A DNA stretch of 17,845 bases from positions 1-17,845 of the forward strand of contig CAVXZB010000065.1 in the NCBI GenBank assembly GCA_963765895.1. The letters are read 5' to 3'. The notes under the pieces were generated by a model. The model had not been told where the DNA came from, made no database searches, and saw only the letters and a list, made by a program, of their open reading frames with translations. Positions 1 through 9,157 of the stretch are shown piece by piece. Made by a program: the position numbers and the translations under genes. Position 1 is the first letter of the stretch. Each line of letters begins with the position of its first letter. Source of the DNA: an uncultured Nitrososphaeraceae archaeon (lineage in GTDB: Archaea; Thermoproteota; Nitrososphaeria; Nitrososphaerales; Nitrososphaeraceae).

Positions 1-151
1 ATAGTGATAGATTATTTATTTCCCTACTCCAAAATAAAAAGTCTTTTTAGTATTATCTTTATTTTTATTACTCGTTACTGTAATAGGTCTAAATTAATTC
101 AAAGCAGAAGTATGAAACTGTAAAATACTTTTTTACACTAGATAATGAATA

Positions 152-733
152 ATGAGAAAAACAACCACATTAGTAATTGTCATAACACTTGCTCTTGGTA
201 TTATGCTGACATCCTCTGCTGTTTTGTCTGGAGCTTCAGTTGTAGTGTTTGCACAAAAGAACCAAACAAAAACAAATGTAACACCAGCCGGCAAACAGGC
301 AACAAAAATAATCAATCAAACAAGCATACCTGCTAATAAAACCACTACAACAATTCAAAAAAAGACGGAACCTGTTGGAAAGGTACCTCTTCCTAGCAAT
401 CAAACAAAGTTATCACCCCCAGGCAGTCAAGCAAAATTACCTCCCGTGAGCAATAAAACAACTACTACTCCGACTGGAAAAGCAACAACCACGATAGTCA
501 ATAAAACAAGTACTCCAATTAATGTGACTTCAACTAATGCAAGTACCGCAGCTAAACAACCACCAACATCACAGCCTGCAGGAAACCAAACCGCAGCTAA
601 ACAAAGCACCAATAATCAAACAGCAGCTAAACAACAACAACAACAATCAGCTAAGCCAAAATCAGCTGATAACAGCTCCGCAAATCCACTAGCCAAAGTT
701 CCAGTAATAGGAAAGATATTTGGTGGTAAATAA
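152..733 (+). CDS. Secreted/surface low-complexity Thr/Gln/Pro/Lys-rich protein, probably N-glycosylated
   Basis: Basic N-terminus plus hydrophobic stretch ending VFA-Q (signal peptide-like); 12 N-x-S/T sequons; TAAKQ repeated three times; amphipathic C-terminal tail NPLAKVPVIGKIFGGK. Confidence 0.85.
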   Translation: MRKTTTLVIVITLALGIMLTSSAVLSGASVVVFAQKNQTKTNVTPAGKQATKIINQTSIPANKTTTTIQKKTEPVGKVPLPSNQTKLSPPGSQAKLPPVSNKTTTTPTGKATTTIVNKTSTPINVTSTNASTAAKQPPTSQPAGNQTAAKQSTNNQTAAKQQQQQSAKPKSADNSSANPLAKVPVIGKIFGGK

Positions 734-1166
734 TACCAATACAATAAGTTGCATTATGGTCGGATGAGTGGGAGCCACAAAGTTCCCTCCTGTTTACCTT
801 CTCCTTAATTGACAAGGTGAACATATTTTTTATTTATCATGATTAATTAATCAGCTTTATAATTGTGGGCTAATTTCACAAATTTAGGCTTTAATTCATC
901 TAATCAGTCACAGTTAGTAAATTAAATAGAAAGAAAATATATCCAATGTCAAATCTAAAAATAAACAAACAAAAAGATAACCGGTTTTAGTAGGACCAAC
1001 AGTTTCCTGTGCCATACTACTTCTATCTTTTTCTATTGACTTCCGATAATGTCTATTGGTTATGATAATCGAAAAACCAATATTTATTTTTGTCAGCTAT
1101 TGGATAGGAGGTTATGATCTAATGATGCAGCGCTAATTAGTGAATCATAAAAGACTAATCTTGTCG

Positions 1167-1910
1167 CTACTGCTTTTCACTTTTCACTTCTTCTATTACT
1201 TCCTCCCCATTGGCGTTTATAACACTGACTTTTTCACTTATTAGCTGTTCAGTAATTGTTTTAGTCTCAGTAACAGGTTTCTTCTTTATTATTATTTCCT
1301 CTTTTACAAATGACTTCTTTGAAACTACTACATCTTCTTTTTTTAATGGAATACTAATTTCTATTTTAGATTGAGCCATTTCTTTAGAAGGTGATGGGGA
1401 GGACTGTGTTGCTGACTGTGATGCCATCGTTATTGATGATGTGTTGTCGTCTACCGGTCTCTTTTCAATAATTAATTCCTCATGGGTTAATTCTACTTCA
1501 ACTGACTTTGTTTCCTTTACTGGTTTCTTTATTACTTTTGCTTCCACTATGGTTTCTTTTTTAGATATCTCTAGCCTTTCCTCAATGACAGGAATAGGAC
1601 GTTCATGGTCTTGTATTTGAAACTCTGATTTTTCTTTTCCTTCTGATGCTGATAATGTGGATTTGTCAATAACAAATCTCTTTTTTGCTTCTTCCTCTGT
1701 GATATCAAAAAGTAATATGCGACCATTATATCCGTGCGGAATAGACTTGGGAAGATAGAATTTTTCTTTGTTTAAAGTACCTCTTTGTGTAAGAACATAA
1801 TTTTCATTTACCTCCTGTACCTCTCCGAAGTCTGCATCATTAAGACCTTTAACTTCTTTCTTTATAACTTCATTCCAATCTGTAACAGGACCAAATGTAC
1901 TTGTTTCCAT
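1167..1910 (-). CDS. PRC-barrel-like (DUF2171-type) N-terminal domain fused to YsnF/AvaK (DUF2382) domain
   Basis: N-domain DWNEVIKKEVKGLNDADFGEVQEV...KEKFYLPK; C-domain IPVIEERLEISKK...VELTHEELIIEKRPV...IPLKKEDVVVSKKSFVKEEIIIKKK. Clear paralogue of 6267..6953. Confidence 0.88.
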   Translation of the reverse strand: METSTFGPVTDWNEVIKKEVKGLNDADFGEVQEVNENYVLTQRGTLNKEKFYLPKSIPHGYNGRILLFDITEEEAKKRFVIDKSTLSASEGKEKSEFQIQDHERPIPVIEERLEISKKETIVEAKVIKKPVKETKSVEVELTHEELIIEKRPVDDNTSSITMASQSATQSSPSPSKEMAQSKIEISIPLKKEDVVVSKKSFVKEEIIIKKKPVTETKTITEQLISEKVSVINANGEEVIEEVKSEKQ

Positions 1911-2269
1911 TATCGAAGTAACATCATACTATATTATCTTACATACAATATAACACTTGATAATTCTTCATTTGCTGTGGTGAATACCTTGTTTTGTTTT
2001 GGTACATATCACTTGATTTTCGTAGCTCTGTGATCATATATCTGAATGTTCTTACAATATTATTTCTGAAGATGCAGCTGGATTCAATATCTTTTTAATA
2101 TCATTATCTATGGTATACTGATCATTCTTCCTTCTTATTCTATATGAAAATATGCCGTAGAACAAGTAACAATGGAAGAATAAAGGTAATAAAATATGCA
2201 ATATTTAGAAGCCTTGTTTCAACTGTTATAACTATTATTGTCGCTAATATAATAGGTTGTTCATGAAAA

Positions 2270-2866
2270 ATGGGTGACAGCAACAAAACAATAGATCAGC
2301 ATCAAGATATTGAGGGAAAGCAGACGCAACAACAAATCGTTCCAGTATTGAAACAGGATTATTCAATTTCAAAAGAGACTAGTATTAAGGAGGCAAAAAT
2401 AGAAAAAAGATTAGTCACTAAAGTAAAAACCGTTAGAGTACCCCTTGTCTACGAAGAACTATATATTAACGACAAGAAGCTCAAATCAGTGAAAGAATTT
2501 CAGATATTCTCTGCGTTTAAAGATAAAATTACTAGTATAGCTAATATGGGTAATACTAGCACTGCATCAGTAGAACAATCTATACAAAAGGAGAATATTA
2601 TCGAAAATAGGGGTGAATTAATACCTCTGTTTCCTTCTTCTCCTTCTCCTTCTTCTTCTGATGAAGATTCGGAAATCCACAGAGAAAAAGAAAGAATAAT
2701 ACCCCTTTACGAAGAGCAGTTTGAGATTATCAAGAAAAGAGTCAAGGTAGTCGAAATAGTAATTACAAAACGAAGAATTACTGAAAAGAAGAAAGTCGAT
2801 ATTGATATCAGTACAGAAGAAGTAACATTGGAATATCCGGATGGAAGGTCAGAGAGATTATCATAA
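2270..2866 (+). CDS. YsnF/AvaK (DUF2382) domain protein without the N-terminal barrel domain
   Basis: Two DUF2382-like half repeats: IVPVLKQDYSISKE...VKTVRVPLVYEELYI and IIPLYEEQFEIIKKRVKVVEIVITKRRITEKKKVDIDISTEEV, separated by a long insert. Confidence 0.8.
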   Translation: MGDSNKTIDQHQDIEGKQTQQQIVPVLKQDYSISKETSIKEAKIEKRLVTKVKTVRVPLVYEELYINDKKLKSVKEFQIFSAFKDKITSIANMGNTSTASVEQSIQKENIIENRGELIPLFPSSPSPSSSDEDSEIHREKERIIPLYEEQFEIIKKRVKVVEIVITKRRITEKKKVDIDISTEEVTLEYPDGRSERLS

Positions 2867-3190
2867 TAATCATACTAAGTGTATTTGTTGCATCATCATG
2901 AATTTAGCTCGGTCCCTCACAAATCAGGAACTATAAAAGTGTCACAGGGTATATGAATAGAAAAGGATTGAGAATTGCAAGAGTTCTTCCCTTTGCTTCC
3001 TTGTTTATCCCTTTTTTGGCTTTCATGGTATCTTGTTTGGTGATAATCTGAATCCTAGGTCCTAGATACTCTTAGGCCAAAGTAATCATTCTAGACAATA
3101 ATAAAATAAGGAAAACAGCTTAGCTACAAATTTTCTGAATAAAGTCCTATATATAACCTTCATCTACACAAGATTGAAGGTCAAAAGATC

Positions 3191-3607
3191 TTGAAAGTCT
3201 CTTCACGCCTGAATGCTGTTACTGTATTACTGCTTGATGATGAATTTGATCTTGTAACAATTTTAAAGCAGGGATTAGAAAGGCGTGGCTTTCAGGTGTT
3301 TTCTTTTACAGATCCTTTTTTAGCATTAGAACATTTTAAAATAAATGCTGTCAATTATAATCTAGTTATTTCCGATCTAAGAATGCCAGGAATGAATGGA
3401 TTTGAATTCTTAACAAAAGTCAAGGAAATTAGATCAGATATCAAGATTTTTCTGATGACTGCTTTTGAAGTAAATGATTTGGAATTGTCAGTCGCTATAT
3501 CGCCATTTAAAATAGAAGAATTTATTTTAAAGCCATTTTCGATTCAAAACCTAAATATGATTATAGATAAACATGTATCATTAAAAAGTCATAGCGGAGA
3601 TTGCTAG
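3191..3607 (+). CDS. Stand-alone response regulator receiver (CheY-like) protein
   Basis: LLLDDE acidic pocket, LVISDLRMPGMNG phosphoacceptor motif, LMTA and FILKPF motifs. TTG start is uncertain. Confidence 0.92.
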   Translation: MKVSSRLNAVTVLLLDDEFDLVTILKQGLERRGFQVFSFTDPFLALEHFKINAVNYNLVISDLRMPGMNGFEFLTKVKEIRSDIKIFLMTAFEVNDLELSVAISPFKIEEFILKPFSIQNLNMIIDKHVSLKSHSGDC

Positions 3608-3795
3608 TAGCAAATAGAAATTTATAAAGAATAATAATTTAATCATAATCCTAGCTCTAGCCCTGTTATTATAAATCTAGTCAATTTAAGTTCCTCCTGT
3701 GATGAAGAATTGTCCTTTTTAAGAACAAAATGAATACCAGTTTAGAGTTTATTCTAAAAGTCTATGTAAGATTTTAATAAGATTTTAGGTAGGTA

Positions 3796-4175
3796 TTACG
3801 AACTTTTGACAAGCAAAAGCATACCTATTTTATCAAGTACAGTCTCTGCACCGACTGGTTTTATTAGAAAATCATCTGCACCATATTCTAGAATAATATT
3901 TCTTGCACTTGCATCATTTGCAACAACTAATATCTTGATGTTATGGTCAATTTGCTTAAGTTTAGATATTAGCATTGCGCCTCTATCTGCTGCTATTGTA
4001 CCATTAATATACACTACGTCCACTTTACCATACAGCTCATTCATCTGTGCCAAACATTTTCTACGCTCAAGGCCACATAAGTCTCGTATCCATTTAGTCT
4101 ACAAACTGCTGTAATAAGTGAATTTACTTCTCTATCATCCTCCACAATTATTATCTTTGGCGCTTGAATTGCCAT
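3796..4175 (-). pseudogene. Atypical receiver-domain gene split by a 1-nt frameshift (or a sequencing error)
   Basis: ATG at 4175 reads MAIQAPKIIIVEDDREVNSLITAVCRLNGYETYVALSVE; one extra A in the run at 4057-4060 joins it to KCLAQMNELYGKVDVVYING...GADDFLIKPV (ORF 3796..4053). Confidence 0.8.
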
Positions 4176-4325
4176 ATTGAATATTAGTCATATCATCTAT
4201 TATTATAGGATTATCTTGTCTTCTGGCCATCTATTTATAAACGTAATAATTTTAATCCAATATTGGTGGTTGGCAAAGGAGTATTGTTTACATGTACTAT
4301 CCTATATCATATCATCAACAACTTT

Positions 4326-4930
4326 TTAGTCATCTATTACAGGAAAGCACTTTATTTTCAGATGATGTGCTTGTAATAAATGAATCTTCTCTTCTTCTAC
4401 AAATCTATTAAAATCTTGTTTATGATAGCTCCAGAGTCTTTTAGCTTGATATCGAACTTTGACCCTAATGATCTCTCAAATTCTATTACTACATTCTTTT
4501 TATTGTTCTGATGATGATGATGGAAAGACACACCCATATCTGCAATCACAGATAATCCATTTTTACCTCGCTTCTCTTATTGTTTATCAAGTATTCTAAG
4601 AAAGAATAGAAAGTCTTCTGTAGAGCCAAAATATGTCCTTGTAATATCTTGTATAATCATTAAGGCCTTTTCTTTTTCATACTTTTCTATATCAATACCT
4701 ATTTCTTTCAAGGTTTGTCTAACGTTATCAATCGTTTCATAATATGTAAGTAACAAAACTATTTCATTATTTTCAAGTGCAGTTTTGCAATAATGAGAAT
4801 AGATTTCTCTAAATGAATCCATGTTGGGATATATTAGGATAATATGTTCTCCATGGTCTATTTTGTTTAATTTTCCTGTAATTTCCGACCAAGTACCGGT
4901 TATCTCGTTATTATCTGTCGAGATCGTCAT
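4326..4930 (-). pseudogene. MEDS (DcmR-like sensory) domain gene, disrupted; paralogue of 9474..10094
   Basis: HGEHIILIYPN...REIYSHYC matches the intact paralogue. TAA at 4577-4579 replaces the paralogue's CAA (Gln); translation continues EKRGKNGLSVIADMG...SKFDIKLK, then frameshifts at 4439-4442 into RLWSYHKQDFNRF...HHLKIK, stop at 4326. Confidence 0.85.
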
Positions 4931-5131
4931 CCTAATTAGAAAAGTACACTATATTAATTAATAATTGTTAAGTGGATACATTGTCAATATTGAATCGGAG
5001 TCTACCCCCTACTGCCTAGTTTAATCATGTTAAACGTTGAAAAAACAATAAAAATGACGCATCACAGTACCAAACCGAAGTTGCCATTCCCAACAGTCAT
5101 TATTGGATAAGGTTAACAGCAATAATTTGTT

Positions 5132-5498
5132 CTATCTCATAGATCTTCTTAGCGTCTGATTGATTGCAATTCTGACTGAAAATATGCCTACAAAAAATAA
5201 AGTTATTGATGCTAGATGCGCTAGTTGATGGTATAGTAGGAATTCCGATAAGGTTAGAAGTAAACAAACTCATTTTCAATATTGCATTTGCTGACTCCAG
5301 CTCCAAAGCTAATTGCAATCCTCTAATAGGGTTCTCTTTTGTAATTCTTCTCTTAAAGAAATGACTGTTATTATTTTGCGTATCAGTACTTTTGATTAAT
5401 GATGGTATAGTTGTAAGAACAGAAACTATAACTACAGTAATTGCAAATATGTCGATAGCTAAAGTAATTATTGAAATAATGAGAGTATTAAAAAACAT
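5132..5498 (-). pseudogene. DUF1622-like membrane protein gene with a 3' frameshift
   Basis: N-terminal TM helix and motif RGLQLALELESANAILK (compare DUF1622 pattern LLLGLEFxxAADI). Removing one base from the A6 run at 5192-5197 restores a hydrophobic end FIFVGIFSVRIAINQTLRRSMR*. Confidence 0.6.
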
Positions 5499-5822
5499 AA
5501 ATGAGAATATAGGAATGAAATTAAGATTATCCAGAATTATTAAGCCGGTTATTATTGTTCTCTCTCAGATGCAGAGCTCTTTGAGTTAGCACGATTATGA
5601 CTTGATTTATCTTCTCCTCCTCCTCCTCCTCCTTCTTGTCTGTTTTTTTATATAGCTGAAGATTGTTGTCTTTCTTCCTGCAATTGGTTGCTTACTACTT
5701 TCTAACAGATCAACATTATGTCTACTAATCTCCTTTGATAATGACCAGCTAAGAACTATTATCTATTGATAAGAAATATTCGTGTTCTGATAGAGTGTAT
5801 GACATCTCCAATATATCATTCT

Positions 5823-6146
5823 TTATTTATATTCCAAGAATACCACACGGTCTAACTCCTCTAAAGAAGGAGCACCGTAGTCATGTACACTTATATACAA
5901 ATAATCAATTTTTTTGTCGTCAGCACCAGTGTTTGTCCCATTGTTATAGTTAAGCCATTCTTGCGACAAGGGCTTTTCTTTTATGGTAACAATAGTTCTG
6001 ATACCTTGTGTATTAATTAACCATCTTGCTTCTTTTTTTGGACATTGGCACTCCAGCTAATTTCCTTCAATAATCCAATTAAGGTTAGTAGGTCTGCCTG
6101 TTATAAGGCCGTACAACCACCGGTAAATATCACTAATTTTTGCCAT
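5823..6146 (-). pseudogene. Truncated dual-specificity protein phosphatase remnant (not in ORF track)
   Basis: Manual translation from ATG 6146: MAKISDIYRWLYGLITGRPTNLNWIIEG, shift to (K)LAGVP, then WLINTQGIRTIVTIKEKPL...DYLYISVHDYGAPSLEELDRVV. This is the N-terminal half of the thaumarchaeal DSP family; in-frame TAG present and no HCxxGxGR loop follows. Confidence 0.75.
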
Positions 6147-6266
6147 AAAATATTCTTAAGCAAGTACTACGATTATGGAAAATCATGATCAAACTGCAGT
6201 ATACGTCGCTATTCAAGGGCTGCAATCAACAAATAAGATAAAATTTGAAAGTTGCTTCCCTTGTTA

Positions 6267-6953
6267 TTATTCTTCCTCTTCTTCTCTAGCAGTACCTTTT
6301 ACCCTAACTTCTTCGCTTGTTACTTGATCACTTACTGTCTTAGTCTCTGTCACTGGTTTTTTCTTGACAGCTACCTCCTCCTTTACATATGGCTCCTTTG
6401 TTACCTGCACTTGTTCATGCTTTAACGGAACTCTGATTTCTTGTTCAGATTCTACAGGTCTATCTGTTGCTGCTGTTGCAGATGTACTTGTTCCGCTAAC
6501 GGGTCTTCTTTCCACAGAGATTTCTTCATGTGTAACTGGCACTTCAACAGTCTTTGTCTCAGTAACAGGTGTTTTTGTAATTGTTGCTTCCCGTGTAGAT
6601 TGACTTTTTGATACTCCTAGTCTCTCTTCTGTCACTGGAACAGTTGTTTCTTCTACTTTAGTTCTATCAGTACTGGTATTTTGTGTTTTACTTGTAAGTG
6701 ATGATGGTGGATATTCTCCCATATATTTTGATTTTACCTCTTCTTCAGAAATCCTAAATCGCAATGTGTCGCCGTCATAACTCTCTACCTGGTCTTTTGG
6801 TATGTAGAACTTCTCCTTGTTTACCAGTCCTCTCTTTACCAAGACATAATTTGGACCAACCTCTTGTACTTCTCCTAAATCTTCGTCTCCACTACCTCGT
6901 GCTTCTTTTTTAATTACATCATTCCAGTCTATGTTACTGTTTGCTGTAACCAC
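6267..6953 (-). CDS. PRC-barrel-like (DUF2171-type) domain plus YsnF/AvaK (DUF2382) domain protein
   Basis: DWNDVIKKEARGSGDEDLGEVQEV...KEKFYIPK; VPVTEERLGVSK...VPVTHEEISVERRPV...IRVPLKHEQVQVTKEPYVKEEVAVKKKPV. GTG start, tandem TAA TAA stop. Confidence 0.92.
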   Translation of the reverse strand: MVTANSNIDWNDVIKKEARGSGDEDLGEVQEVGPNYVLVKRGLVNKEKFYIPKDQVESYDGDTLRFRISEEEVKSKYMGEYPPSSLTSKTQNTSTDRTKVEETTVPVTEERLGVSKSQSTREATITKTPVTETKTVEVPVTHEEISVERRPVSGTSTSATAATDRPVESEQEIRVPLKHEQVQVTKEPYVKEEVAVKKKPVTETKTVSDQVTSEEVRVKGTAREEEEE

Positions 6954-6973
6954 TACTTTGATAGATATTAATA

Positions 6974-6981
6974 CTTTATAA
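6974..6981 (-). promoter_or_regulatory. Candidate archaeal TATA box for 6267..6953 (probably leaderless transcript)
   Basis: TTATAAAG on the minus strand 21-28 nt upstream of the GTG start. The AT-rich background lowers specificity. Confidence 0.4.
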
Positions 6982-7253
6982 TAGTTATAGAAATTTTTCG
7001 TAGGATGTGAAATACTAATTAAATATTGTATGAATAGTATTTAGTTCAATTGTATGGAGGCAAATTGCTTATTTTAATATAAACTAGAAAATAACAATAA
7101 TCGATGGACATATTAGGAAGCGATTCCGCACGGTTTTCTCAAACAAAAAATTCAAGATCATGACAATATTTCGGAAATTTGCATATTATAATCTTAACAA
7201 AAATAGATTTTATATGCCTACCTTAATATCCTATAGGATGTATATTATAAATA

Positions 7254-7595
7254 ATGAGCAACATTGCCAAGAAGGTTAAAGACAAAATTGTAGATGTTAA
7301 AGATAAGGCTGTAGGATCCGATGATAAAGAGAAACAAACTGGTTACACTAGTTCAACAGAAAGTGATCCAACCAGAGAATATGAAGCAAATGAACCAATG
7401 TCGCCAGCCAAGATAAAAGAACACGAACCCACTGCGGTAAGAAGACAAGACAATACCTCAAGTTCTAGTTCGTCGTCGGGGCAAGATCCAAAAGAAAGAC
7501 TAAGGAGAAGTGGAATGACAGAAGGAACAGCTGGTTCTACCGAAACTGGTGACGAGTATGAGCAAGGAGCATCAGGGACAAACAAATTAGAGTAA
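7254..7595 (+). CDS. Small, very hydrophilic, probably disordered protein (hydrophilin/LEA-like composition)
   Basis: 113 aa rich in K/E/D/S/T/G with no Cys, Trp or Phe; N-terminal amphipathic IAKKVKDKIVDVKDKAVG; divergent from the YsnF gene. Confidence 0.8.
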   Translation: MSNIAKKVKDKIVDVKDKAVGSDDKEKQTGYTSSTESDPTREYEANEPMSPAKIKEHEPTAVRRQDNTSSSSSSSGQDPKERLRRSGMTEGTAGSTETGDEYEQGASGTNKLE

Positions 7596-7663
7596 CTATG
7601 ATTAGCCAACAATGTCATCTCGAGAGAATGAGATAATTTTTACTTTGTTTTCTATTGTTTTAT

Positions 7664-8071
7664 TTATTTTAGATCTCTGATATTCTTGTAATTTTCTATA
7701 ATCCTTATTCTTTCCTCAACGCCGGGGCTATATTCACCTTTCTGGCCTGAAGGCGAGCTCTTAAAGGACTCTAATCCCTTTGTATATTCATCTCCTCTAG
7801 GTGATTCATCTCCATATACATGCTTTGAATGAACTTCTTCCTCATTTATCAAAAGCCACAGATGCTTTCCATCATATGCATCAGCAGTATACTTTGGAAT
7901 CCAGAACTTGTCTTTCTTTATTGAACCCTTCTCTAAACGAATATAGTTATCAGATATATCTTTTATTTCTCCAATATCTTTTCCGTCATTTGTTATCACT
8001 TTTTTACCTTTAAGCATGCTCCATAAAATAGTAGGACCTATCCTATTGTTGTCAGGTTCATTAGAGGACAT
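7664..8071 (-). CDS. Stand-alone PRC-barrel-like (DUF2171-type) protein
   Basis: WSMLKGKKVITNDGKDIGEIKDISDNYIRLEKGSIKKDKFWIPK...YDGKHLWLLINEEEV aligns by eye with the N-domains of the 1910, 6953 and 12679 genes. ATG 8071 preferred to the GTG at 8080. Confidence 0.85.
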   Translation of the reverse strand: MSSNEPDNNRIGPTILWSMLKGKKVITNDGKDIGEIKDISDNYIRLEKGSIKKDKFWIPKYTADAYDGKHLWLLINEEEVHSKHVYGDESPRGDEYTKGLESFKSSPSGQKGEYSPGVEERIRIIENYKNIRDLK

Positions 8072-8233
8072 GTAATGCACATATCGTCAGAACCTGGTTA
8101 ATGAATGTTCCATCTATAATAAATTAAGTCACATGGGATGGTAGAAATGTGGAAGCATTATTTTGTCATCTGCTAGATAAACCTTACTAATAGATTTTAT
8201 ATTGTAGTCTATTTTGAGTATAGGATATAATAA

Positions 8234-8860
8234 TTGATAAGAGCAACCAAAAATGAATTCAGGATAATACAAATTATAGGTCTGCCAGTGTTGATTACAG
8301 TAATATTGCTGTTTGCAGTAAGTTATCCAGCAGCGTTAGCTCAAAATCTATCCTCTATGAATAATTATAGCAATAATAGTAGTAATACTGCTACTCCAAA
8401 CTCATCAGCTAAGACAGTAGTAATTCCACAAGGTAATAAAGCACCAATAACAACAGCAAATTCTGCTGCCACGGGCAAGAGTAATAACGTACAGGCCGGT
8501 AGCAATCGAACTGGCTTTGCTAATATTTCTAACCTGGTGATCAAAGATAAGACATTCCCAATTAAATATAATATAACAAATGGAAAACTTTTAGGAATTA
8601 TTGGTGATAAAGATAAGACGACTCTGGTTCTTTTACTTGGTTCCAGCTTGGACAATGGTAAATTAACAGTTGAACTCCCAAGAAATGTATTAGATGCAAA
8701 AAGTCAAGGAAATACGGACGCCAAATACAATATCAAGATTGATAACAAGGATGTGGATTATAAAGAAGTTGGTACTAACCTCAATGCTAGAATATTACAA
8801 ACTGACTTTGGTAAAAATGATAGGATGATAGAAATAACAGGTACCGAGATGACATCTTAA
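8234..8860 (+). CDS. Secreted protein with the beta-rich domain typical of thaumarchaeal PEFG-CTERM proteins, lacking the PEFG anchor
   Basis: Signal peptide ending ALA-Q, Asn/Ser/Thr-rich linker, then FPIKYNITNG...GKLTVELPRNVLDAK...IDNKDVDYKE...RMIEITGT. Start codon uncertain. Confidence 0.8.
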   Translation: MIRATKNEFRIIQIIGLPVLITVILLFAVSYPAALAQNLSSMNNYSNNSSNTATPNSSAKTVVIPQGNKAPITTANSAATGKSNNVQAGSNRTGFANISNLVIKDKTFPIKYNITNGKLLGIIGDKDKTTLVLLLGSSLDNGKLTVELPRNVLDAKSQGNTDAKYNIKIDNKDVDYKEVGTNLNARILQTDFGKNDRMIEITGTEMTS

Positions 8861-9157
8861 CCACACAGTACAATACAACACTTATCTGCCTGTAAGTTCA
8901 ATATGATACTTTGATTCTAGAAATTGCAACGTTTCTGAAAAATGGTCTAGTCTTAATTGAATTTAATTGAATTGCTCAGTAATTTAACTTGAGCTAATGA
9001 TATATACCACATTGTATGGCTTACATTGAACCAGTTATGTAGTTGTGCAATCCGGCATTATGCTGCAATCCAAAAAAAAGATCAGATTAGAGTTTATTAG
9101 CCCATTTTTGATATGTTGATATACTTAAGTAGTTTTAAGTGTACTTAATTGTAAGAA

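Noticed and set aside
840-853. Perfect 14-bp palindrome TGATTAATTAATCA
   Set aside because: Almost all A/T, single copy and between convergent gene ends; compatible with chance.
5614-5633. Short (CCT)n run
   Set aside because: Simple low-complexity tract within decayed sequence; no assignable function.
7664-8071. Calling the barrel proteins CdpB-type cell-division proteins
   Set aside because: Only a fold-level resemblance; the context is YsnF-like and no division genes are present.
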